A stretch of DNA of 64,000 nt from Eledone cirrhosa (lineage: Eukaryota). The stretch spans positions 101,370,001-101,434,000 of the forward strand of contig OZ024742.1 in the NCBI GenBank assembly GCA_964016885.1, read 5' to 3'. The notes beneath the pieces are model-generated. The model had not been told where the DNA came from and made no database searches. It saw only the letters and a list, made by a program, of their open reading frames with translations. Below are positions 1-10,947 of the stretch, piece by piece. The first letter of the stretch is position 1. Each line of letters begins with the position of its first letter. A program made the position numbers and the translations under genes.

Positions 1-100
1 ACTTTTGACACAAGGCCAGTAATTATCCTAGTGCATTACTGGTACTTTATTTTATCGACCCCGTAAGGATGAAAGGCAAAGTTAACCTCGGCGGGATTTG
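1..100 (-). mobile_element. Partial tRNA-derived SINE, same family as 56238-56423
   Basis: Shares ggtactttattttatcgaccccgtaaggatgaaaggcaaagttaacctcggcgggatttga. Confidence 0.85.
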
Positions 101-1328
101 AGATTAACTTTGCCTATATGAACACCTGGTTGGTCTGAAAAAAAAGTATTAATTTTTAGGAAATTAATGCAAAAGTTCAGATACGAGAGTAAAACAATCT
201 CTTCAAATATTGTAGAATTACTGTAAACCTTAATGTTTTACCGTCAATTATTTATTGGTCTATCCTAATACATGGTCCGTTATTGTTGTTGGCTTGCCTT
301 TTGAAGTATCAGGCGATTTTCTGTTGAGGTGTTTGCCTATTCCAATACCTCAGCCTCGCTATCACTCTACCATACTAACGTATTAGGTGGTGGTGGGGTA
401 TTTCAGCACCATAAACTCGCTTTTACCCACGCTACCGGTCATGTTTTGGCTTTTAGCATTTTAGAGAAACACCAGCATTTGCTGCTGTTTAAATTCTCCC
501 GTTTTTTGTTTTGTTTTTCTGATTAATTTCTATTGTTTTGTTTACATTTAAATAAAACGGTTTTTCCATCTCTAAAGTAAAATTAAATTGATGTAAGCCT
601 TCCTCTTCTGTCTGAAAAAAACAACAAAAAAAAAAAACGAATAACATAGTAAAGATAGTTGTAAATAGGATATTTCAGAATGAATAAAGGATAAGCAATA
701 TTAGTTGATGCTCGTAAGGCTGCTTAGCTGTTTCAAAGTGTCTGCCTCGTTAATGCCTGCAATAATGCCAAGAGTGTTTCAAGACCCTTCAAAATCCCTC
801 CACTTGATTATTGGAAAATCATAAGTACTATTTCATGAGAAATATGGTAACGAAGATTAATGGTCCTGTCTTGCCACATATCTGGAATACTCAACAGCTT
901 ACATGTTAATTAACTAGTGAATCGGGTGTTCGGGTTGACTAGATAACTGTTCTCTATTCCAGAGCTGCTAGATATTCTACAGTCCCACCTGAGGGAGAAT
1001 GTATTTTATTCCACTGGTAATGTTAAAATACCACCAATGTAGTTAGCTGTTTCTTCCCCAAATCTCTGACTGTATTAGACATGTTTATATATGTAACCAA
1101 TGAATTTTATGTCATTTTCTAGTATATTAGGTGCATATTTTAACCCTAATATGTCAATCTGCTTTCACCCTATACCCCGAAAGGATCATATAGTTAATTT
1201 CTGTCCCTTATCAAGCATTGGGTGACTTGAGATCTCCATTAAACATGGTTACAAGTTCCCAAGTCATACAAATGTCTGCCAAGTCCTTCACACACCTCAA
1301 CCAGATTTTGGAAAACTTTGACTCCTCA

Positions 1329-3121
1329 TATCATCATCATCATCATCATCATTATCATCATCAACGTTTAACGTCCGTGTTCCACGCTTGCATGGGTTTG
1401 GACGGGGGTTTTCCCACTTGAGGCAAGAGTGATTGTCTTGCTCGCATAGGACTGTCTGGCAGGTTTTCTACAGTTGGATGCCCTTCCTAACACCAACCAC
1501 ATTTACAGTGTGGGTCTGGGAGGTTTTTACCGTGTTGCCTACACGGCCACATTACAGCGTGGACTGTGTTTTTTTGTCGTGACACCTACACGATCTCATT
1601 TGTTTCGGCCTGGATGGTGTGGCACCAACATAACTTTACATAGAAGGGGGCGGTGTGGATGGAGTGGGGGTGGTGGGACGGGGGTATATTTTGTTAGAGA
1701 TGTCTACTGACTGTAGTAGGTTTTACTATGTATTTAGGTAAGGCGGGTCTTCTCTATTACTGAGTACCGCCAAAGGTCTCGGTCCAGTGACATTGTCTTG
1801 GAGAGGTGTAAGTGTGTGAGGTCGGAGTTTATCAGCTCGTCCCAGGTTTTTCTAGGTCTGCCTATTCCGTGGCTACCGTCTATCTTTATTGCCCTGCATT
1901 TTGTTATACAGCTATCGACTTTCATGTGCATCACGTGTCCATACCAACGTAGCCTTCTCTCGAGTAAACATCTGATCCCTCTTATTTCTAATTTTTTCCT
2001 TAGTTCGTTTATGCTTTGCCGTTCACGTATATTACTATTACACATCCAGCGGAGCATGCAAGCTTCGTTCCTCTCTAGTCTGCGTATATCCTCTGCACAC
2101 AATGCCCAGGTCTCACTGCCATGCAACATTGCTGTTCGTATGCAGGCATCATACAACCTGCCTTTCATTTTTAGGGAGAACCCTTCAGCAGTGGGGGAGG
2201 GTGCTCTGAAAGTACAGTAGCTAGAGTCAGAACTGGATGGAAAAAGTTCAGAGAGCTTATACCACTATTTGGTATAAGCTCTCTGAACTTTTTCCATCCA
2301 GTTCTGACTCTAGCTACTGTACTTTCAGAGCACCCTCCCCCACTGCTGATTTTGTCACCCAGGTAACGGAAGCTGTCCACTATTTCTATAGAGCCCTCTG
2401 CGCAGTTGAAAGAGCTAGTATTTTGTGGGCACTTGCTGCTACTTATTGCACCAGAGCACCGGCCACATGTGAAATCTATGTTCTTAGTTAGCTTACCTGT
2501 GATCCCACTACATCTTTTATGCACCCATACTTTGCATTTCTGACACAAAATGGAGTTTCTACCTACGCCTTTCCTACACACTGAGCATGGCCACTTCCCG
2601 GAAGGGACCGCCGCATTATTTTCTTTCCTACAAACTAGAACTTTGGTCTTAGCCAGGTTAATTTTAAGGCCTTTTGATTCTAGGCAGTGCTTCCATGTTT
2701 GGAATTTCTTCTCTAGCTCGGCCATTGATTCAGCTATGAGTGTTAGGTCGTCTGCGTATAGGAGTTCCCATGGGCAGCCGGTCTTGAACTCCTCTGTTAT
2801 AGCCTGAAGGGCAATAATAAATAGTAGGGGGCTGAGAACAGAGCCCTGATGGACGCCAACTTTTATGCTAAACTCTTCACTATATTCGTTGTTAATTCTA
2901 ACCTTGCTGACTGTTTCTTTATACATGGCTTGTATAGCTCTCACAAGCCATTCGTCGACACCTAGTTTTCTAAGTGCCCACCAGATAATGGAACGGGGGA
3001 CTCTGTCGAAGGCTTTCTCCAAGTCGACAAAAGCTAAGTATAGGGGTTTACTTTTAGCTAGGTACTTCTCCTGTAGTTGTCGTACAATGAAAAGAGCGTC
3101 TGTGGTACTTTTGCCTGACAC
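1329..3121 (-). mobile_element. 5'-truncated RTE-clade LINE (RT, PHD-like finger, C-terminus, long 3' module, (ATG)n tail)
   Basis: ORFs 2171..3121 and 1734..2168 contain FVDLEKAFD, HQGSVLSP, YADD and RRLRWYGHV; (cat)n run from about 1330. Confidence 0.95.
2185..2349. repeat. Perfect inverted repeat with 80-bp arms and a 5-nt loop
   Basis: 2185-2264 is the exact reverse complement of 2270-2349; the loop is ctatt. Confidence 0.95.
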
Positions 3122-5253
3122 ATCTGGGCAGTAAAATCATTAAAGATAGCTCAAACATTTATGGAGAATAGACTCGGTAAGACGACAGTGGTCTTTCAGT
3201 GACTAAGGACTGTATACACCAATTGTTGTGAGACATGGAAAACGACCGATAGAATCTATCGAACAGATGTCTTCCACAAACATTACCCTAAGATTTCTTG
3301 GTGTGATCACATCACAAATGCATAGTATTAGGAAGGGCATCAAGCCAGGGACGGAGCATATGAGCAAGATGGTCAACTGACTTGCCTAGCCTCAGTATGT
3401 GACAATCCGTCTACTCCAAGCAAGCATGGAAAATAGATGAGATAATTATACACACAAGCCATTTATAAGTATGGCTGTATATTAACTTTTTCCTCCATTC
3501 TTTTTTTTTTTTCCCCTCCATCTTTAAAACGGTATGCTGCTTACATTCCAACAAATATTTTTTACATATTGCCATACTAGCATTTTAAAACCCTGCCTCA
3601 TATTGCAATTATGTAAACTTGATGACAAAAAACATTCCTGTGTTGTGTACACTCCCACTTGTGATCAGTTTAGTGACATCACTCCTAAACTCAAAACTAA
3701 ATTTCAGTAAATATTCCCAGTACCTCAATTGTCAAATATACAATATTTGTTTACTCTTAGAAGACCAACCTATAAATGTCAAGTTGACAATCTAGTTTCT
3801 GATGCACTTACTTATGTACATTAATTCAAATTTAGAAGAAAGTCAATACAAAAATTTAATAGCCATGCCTTTCTGAAGGCTGTAACACTTTCTAATATAA
3901 CTAAATTTCTTGTTACTAAGTTGGTGTTTGGAATATAACAAAAGTTATAAAATTTTGATGGAAGGTTTTCAGATAATTATAAACTTTAAAACAGTTTTGT
4001 ATTGTAGAACCAGGGACTTTTTTATTATTTTTATGCAGTTTGGTATCAAAAGGTTTGACTTATAGGTAATGTTAATCTAATAGGCTTTCAGTTTCTATTT
4101 ACCCAATTTCACTCCAGTCTTGAGCCAACCCAAGGCTATGGTAAATGACACTTGCCCAAGATGCCATGCAATGAGATTGAACCTTCATCCCTAATGACCT
4201 TGGAAAGTGAACATTTCAAGTTCCTGTGCTCTGGGTTCAACTCCTGCTGAGATCAACTTTACCTTTCAAAGTTGATAAAAAAAAGCACCAGTGCAGCACT
4301 CTGTTCAGTTCTTCATCTACATCTCTCTCTCTCTCTCTCAGAAATTGATTGCATGCAAACCAGGAGAGGGTTTGCCAAGAAACATTGTGTCGCTATGATG
4401 TCCCTACAACTCCACCAGGAGTTACTGGTCGATGAATTATGTTGTGGATAAAGTAGCAATATGTTACTGCAATCAAGCTGTGTAATAATAATAATTTTAA
4501 TGTTCACTTAACTATATTGGAATACCGGTCCAACCCTTGCTAGCAGGGATAGCTGGGTGGAATTGCTATGATTGATTAAATTCCTTCTAGGCAGTACCCC
4601 AGCATGGTCTTATGAGTGGAACCTGTAAAAAAAAAAAAAAAAAGATTATATAACAATAAATTAGGTCAGGTATTTGTGAAATAGAAGTGGTTCTGGAAAT
4701 TTTTTAATTTACAGAACAATATCTTGTCTAGTTGGTCAAACAGGTTAATGTTTTTTCCTACTGGTTGACTTTATCTTTATACTCTCTCCTCACTGTCTTT
4801 GTTTGGTAGAATTTTAAAAAATGAGCAGGTTTCTTTTACTTTTTTTATAGCCTGACTTGAAAGATCTGATTGTCTAGCCACTTTACTACCAACTTGTTGA
4901 ACTTGAGCCAGTTCTAATTAACTGTGTTGTGAGATCTTTGTGTGTTGCATATTTTAGCTATTGTCCTTAAATAATACATGGCTGTTAAAATATGTAATGT
5001 TCTCTGACTGACCTTGTTTATATTTTCTCTATTAGTGAAATGACTTATTTGAAACAAATGAACAGTGATGTCAATAATGACTGACATACCATTGAGCGTA
5101 TTTAATTTTTGGAGTCCAGAATTGATATGCTTTATATAGGATTACTGGATATATGAACAATAATATAAACTGGGGAATTTGTGTTCTATAGTTTGATTAC
5201 TGACATGTGGAAGTGATTATACATGAGAATATTTTAATTTATTTCAAGGTATA

Positions 5254-5576
5254 CCGCATATACTCAAATATAGGCTAATCTGAATAAGGTGACCCCTAAT
5301 TTTATGTCTGAGAAATTAGCAAAAATCCAAACCCCATGTATACGTCAAAGCACCCAATCAACACATATTCATGAGTGGAGAATATATTTATGAAGTTTTT
5401 ATAATTTTGATATTTAGAATATAGTTTTTGTTTTACAACTCCATTACGTAATAATTTTTTACCAATTTATGAACATGTTGAAGGCCTTTTTCATTCAAAA
5501 CAGGTTTCACCTCCAAAGTGAAACCTGTGTAATATTCACCTCCAAAGCAAAAATATTTTAGTGCCTCGTAGAATTT

Positions 5577-5607
<31 letters not shown>

Positions 5608-5645
5608 GTTGCATATTTCTCGACTTTATATGAGTATATATATGG
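5254..5645. mobile_element. Tc2/pogo-type MITE (TA-flanked)
   Basis: Ends ta|ccgcatatactcaaatataggc and gactttatatgagtatatatatgg|ta; related to 48504-48694. Confidence 0.6.
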
Positions 5646-5729
5646 TAATTACATAAATATTCAGCAAGTATGTACAAATGAGACACAGGATTAAATGTAT
5701 GTGTAATTTTTTTTTTGGGGGGGGGTGGG

Positions 5730-5995
5730 AATTGCATGCAGAGAGTTGTTCCAGCTAGAGCTGCTACTTCTCCAAATTGCGCAGCTCCTACACTACAGGC
5801 ATGTGGTTAGAATGTCTCAGGAAAGAATCACTGAACAGATTTTACAGGCAAAACCAACTGGCAAGAGACCCGGGAGTAGACTGACACTGAAGCAAGCAAG
5901 ATGGTTTTGTAACATCCATGAGCTTGGCTGGTTTCACTTTGGAGATGGTTGCTTCTGACAGGACCCACTGAAAGGTGTTAGATGAGTCTTTCCTG
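5730..5995 (+). mobile_element. 3' fragment of a second RTE-type LINE family (Expander-like)
   Basis: HVVRMSQERITEQILQAKPTGKRP; homologous to 26100-26750, 30600-30965 and 43380-43470. Confidence 0.7.
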
Positions 5996-7969
5996 CTATT
6001 TGCCCTATCAGTTGCACCCCCACCCATTAACTCCTGGATTTCATATCCCCCTCTGTTTTTTGCCATTCTTTTTTGGCCTTCACTTTCCCCCTGGTTCCAC
6101 ATTAGTTTTCATCACCTCTCTCACCCTGTCACATTCATCCTTCAACACATGACCCAGATATCTTACTGGAGAGAACTTGGGTAGTCATATGACTGCTAGG
6201 AAGCTATTTATTACCAAACTCTTACAATGTCACCTGACCAATATATTAAACTTGATAACATAGCCAACTACTACACTAGCAATTATATTGGCAGTAAGTT
6301 TCTTGTTTATTTGCTCTATAGACAAAGACATATCACTTAAGGGTTAAATGAAGGGCCAGTGTTATTATATATTAAGGCCAACTAGGCAGTGGGCTTAGGC
6401 ATAGATCTCAGAAAGGCACATTACTGAACCTTAAAGGGATCCTAATTTTATATAGATTTGTATATTTAAATTAAATTTATAATTCCCTGCAATCAACTAA
6501 TAAATAGCTAAATATTTAAGAGAATGAGACGTTGTAGAGCTTGCCCAAGGTGCCAAATACCCAGCATCAGCTCTGGCTAAGTGGTACAGTATATAGCAGG
6601 GTACTAGCAGGAGGCCTCTGGAGTATGTTTACATAGTTTTTAAAGAGCGATTAGCAACATAAATGAAATGATTTACAACCAGAAACCAAAAAGAGCTTCT
6701 ACAACTGTTATTTTTAACTTTTAACATCTGGTACAATGTTGACAAGATGGTCTTGGAAAAATACAAAACACTGGCTGTATCACATTAAAAATTCATCTTC
6801 ATGTTCTTGGAAAAGTACAAAACAATACTGATTGTATCACATGAAAAAGTAGTCATTGCTTTAATACTGCATTTTTTAGGAAAATATTATAAACATTTGA
6901 ATTAACTAATTTTTAGATATTTTCTGCCCAGTCATCACATGATATTAAGAGTTAATGTATCATATTTACTTTGACCTAACCTTCACTGGTCTAATCATTT
7001 TAAGTGTCTTGATATCAACTATCAACTTAAACTATCCTTTGAAATCAGTTATAATCTTGTCTACTTTATCTCTTATTATGGCTGAGGTGGTTGGTTTTTA
7101 TTTTTTATTTATTTTTTTACTTTTTGTAAAATGACAGTTGTGGTGGTTGTTCAAATCGGCCCGCGGAAATGATTTTGCAGTCTTGTTCGCAGGGCACTGC
7201 CACATCATAGGCTCAGAGCCCCGTCGTCCTCCCCCTCCTCATTCTTCTGTGACACTAGAGTTTTGCCATTCCCTCTTCCTGTTTTTTTTTTTTTTTTTTT
7301 TTTTTTTTTTCCTATTTTACATTCCATTCTTCTGAATCTAAATTTTCTTTTCTTTTTCTATTAACTGATATTCTTAATTGCATTTTATGTAATTTGTGAT
7401 GTGTCTTCGATTGATAAAAAAAAGGAATTACATTAATAGATATGAAATCTTCTACAGGGTGTCCTTTACAAAGACATAGTTTGTAATGTTCAGTGCAAGA
7501 TTTTAAGGTGACAATGTATGAAAAAGCAAGGGGACTGGGTTGAAATCAGTGGAGGTCATCGGGTTTAGATTACAGAAGCTCTACAATCAATCTCCAATAA
7601 GAGTAAATGGCTTTCTCACCTCCTCTTCACTTTTTTTAAAGTCATGGGGACACACACACACTATGGGCTTCTGCATTTCTGTCTCAGTTTCACTTACAAA
7701 ACATTGGTTATCCTAATGTTCTAGTAAAGACACTTGCTCAAGGTGTCACACAGTGGAATCAAATCTGAAGCCAATCCTTATATTTTCAATTTTTCAGTGC
7801 CTTAAAGTGCTCAGTTAGTGGGGTGCAATCTTTTCATTACCAAAAAATCTTATGTAAATAAATTTCCTATGCCACTCCACACCTCACTACAATTATTCCT
7901 CTCACAAATTGTTATAGGATGAGAATAAGGGAAAGAGCTATGCTTATACTTCAAGAATAGATATGCGTG

Positions 7970-10310
7970 TCATCATCATCATCACCGTTTTACGTCCATT
8001 CTTCCATGCTAGCATGGGTTAGACGGGTTGTCCTGTTGTGGGCAGTGTCTGGTCGGCTGACCATGCCTTGCTCATACAGGAACTGATTTTGGCTTGATTT
8101 CTACAGCTGGATGCCCTTCCTAACACCAACCTCATTTACAGTGAGTGCTGGGTGCTTTTTTCCGTGGCGCCTACACGTCCACTTTACAGTGTGGGCTGGG
8201 TGCTTTTTTGCCGTGGCACCTCCACGACCACTTTGCAGTGGGAGGGTGTGGGGGGCATATTGTCTATATGCTTCAGCTTGTACCCATGAGAGGTTGGGTA
8301 CTCTGTATTACTGCGTGACGCCAGAGGTCATGGTCATGTGTCATCGCCTTTGAGAGGTGTAATTGGGTAAGGTCGGCTTTTATCACCTCATCCCAGGTCT
8401 TCTTGAGTCTCCCCACTCCGCGGTTTCCATTGACTTCTAGTGCTCTACACCTTTTTAAGCAGCTGTCATCCTTCATACGCATCACATGTCCATACCAACA
8501 CAACCGCCTCTCCTGCACACAGCATTTGATTCCTCTTGTGCTCAGTCTCTCTCTCAATTCATTTATGCTTTGCCATTCGCGTATATTACTATTACACTTC
8601 CATCAGAGCATGCAGGCTTCGTTTCTTTCTAATCTACATAAGTCTACCACCTTCAGCGCCTAGGTCTCACTACCATGTAACATTGCTGTTCGTATACATG
8701 CATCATACAGTCTGCCTTTCATTTTGGGGGAAAAGCCTTTTGCAGCTAGCAGTGGTAGTAGTTCCCTAAACTTCTTCCATCCCGTTCTTACCCTAGTTAT
8801 TGTACTTTCTGAACACTCACCTCCACTGCTAATTCGGTCACCTAGGTAGCAGAAGCTGTCTACTGTCTCTACAGAGCCCTCCCAGAGATTGATGGTACTT
8901 GTTTCCTGTGGCTGTTTGCTGCTTGCTGTCCCAGCACAGCTGCTACATGTGAAGCCTACATTCTTAATTAAGCTTCCTGAGATCCCGCTACATCTCTTGT
9001 GTACCCATTGTTTGCATTTGGGGCAGAGAATGGAGTTCCTACCTACACCTTTCCTACATACTGAGCAAGGCCATTTCCCTGAGGGGATCTGGGTTCTGTT
9101 TTCTAGTCTACTTACAAGGACCTTAGTCTTTGTCAGGTTGACTTTCAGACCCTTTCTTTCTAGTCCCTGCTTCCAAGTTTGGAATTTCTTCTCTAGTTCT
9201 ACCATAGATTCAGCTATAAGTGCGAGGTCATCTGCATACATGAGTTCCCATGGCATCCGGTCTTAATCTCCTCCGTTATTGCCTGCAGGACTATGATGAA
9301 CAGGAGAGGGCTAAGAACAGAGCCCTGGTGGACACCGACCTGTACGCTAAATTCCTCGCTATACTCATTGCTAATCCTAACTTTGCTGACTGCTCCCCTA
9401 TACATGGCTTGTACAGCTTTCACAAGCCATTCATCTACTCCTAGTTTTCTAAGAGCCCATCAGATTATAGCACGTGGAACTCTGTCAAAGGCTTTCTCGA
9501 AATCGACGAATGCCAGGTAGAGTGGCTTACTTTTAGCTAGGTACTTTTCCTGTAACTGCCTCACAAGGAAGAGGGCATCAGTGGTGCCTCTTCCTGGTAC
9601 AAACCCAAATTGCATCTCGTCTAGTTTCACCCGGTCCCTAATCAACTGTGCTATAACTCTTTCTGTTACTTTCATGACCTGGTCCATCAACTTTATACCT
9701 CTATAGTTTCCTCTATCTAGTGCATCACCTTTACCTTTGTAGCAGTTGACAAATGATGCTACTGCACCAATCTTTTGGTATGACACCTTCTAGTATTACC
9801 TGGTTAACAATACGTGTGGTTATAGTGTGACCTACAGACCCAGATGCCTTCAGCATCTCGGCAGCTATACCCGATGGACTGGTTGCCTTCCCCATCTTTT
9901 ATATCTTTGATTGCCTTACTTACTACGCTGCTGCTGACTTGTACTGCTGGCCCCTCTATAGGGTCTACTTGGGATAGGGTCTCTTCTTCCCATGCATTCT
10001 CCTCATTGAGTAATCTATCATAATGGCTCTTCCATGCATCTTTCTTCTCAGCACTTGTGAGGGCAAGCTCACCTTTATCATTCCGGATACACTTCTCTCC
10101 AATGACATCACAATTCTCTCTGACACACTGCCTCGCAATCTTGAACACCTCCTGTTTCTGGTCCTCACATTGTAAAACCTGCTTGAATTTCCTATCCTCT
10201 GCTTCCCTCCTAGCTAAGTATACTTGTCGCCTAGCTTCCCTCTTGATCTCTATCCTCCTGCTTGTGGTGTTACTCCAGCCACAGATCTGATCCGTTGCCT
10301 CTAGTGTGTG
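7970..10310 (-). mobile_element. 5'-truncated, frameshifted RTE-clade LINE
   Basis: Serial ORFs 9804..10346, 9460..9786, 9214..9423, 8660..9256 and 8273..8557 with NYRGI, QFGF, KAFD, QGS and YADD; (cat)n tail at about 7970. Confidence 0.95.
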
Positions 10311-10819
10311 TTTATAACAAAGTAATTGAAATTTTAAACTTAGCACATGAAACCTGGGATGAGAACACTGAAATATTGGAAGAAACGTGCACCTTAACTC
10401 TTAATGTCCTATACTACATGGGAAATCACATTAGCAAGGTATTCTTGAAAAGTACAAAACAGCTCTGATAGCATTACATTAGAAATTAAAGCTTTTATTC
10501 TAATATTGCAAATTTCCTCAGCATTCTGCCTACTACTAAAGATACTACAAACATTTGAATTTACAGACCAGCTTTTGAATATTTATACTAAATCATTATA
10601 GGATGTTAAGAGTTAAACCTATCGCAGCTGTGTTATACTGAGTTATCAAGGTAAAGGAATGAGGTTTGCTGGGACAGAATATTTCATTAAGACGGTTCTG
10701 TTGATTAACATTAGGTTTCTCTTCTGATTCATAATTAGTAAATCTATAATAAAAATTTAAAAAATTTAAAAAATTAAGTCATGGTAACAAAGATGAAATA
10801 TATTTTTCAGATTATCAAC

Positions 10820-10947
10820 ATGCTAAAGATTGCCCAGAAAGCCCCAGATTTTGAAGGGACAGCTGTTGTTAATGGTGAATTTAAAACTATCAAGCTGTCA
10901 AACTACAAAGGAAAATATTTGGTATTATTCTTCTATCCTCTTGACTT
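10820..10947 (+). CDS. PRDX: Peroxiredoxin coding exon 1 ([13 protein letters not shown]...FFYPLD)
   Basis: Acceptor tttttcag at 10810, ATG at 10820, donor gtaagt at 10948. The acceptor implies an upstream exon. Confidence 0.95.

Noticed and set aside
329-526. 65-aa ORF as an N-terminal coding exon
   Set aside because: GTG start, no in-frame ATG after the upstream TGA, and no recognisable homology
1798-3134. Long plus-strand ORFs (also 8889..9266, 53505..54002, and minus-strand 33729..34590)
   Set aside because: Antisense shadows of RTE coding sequence with no independent protein features
7138-7260. CpG-containing island as an ncRNA or promoter
   Set aside because: No snoRNA/snRNA/tRNA hallmarks; ttcaaatcggcccgcgg resembles a decayed hAT/Charlie terminus, and neither call can be supported
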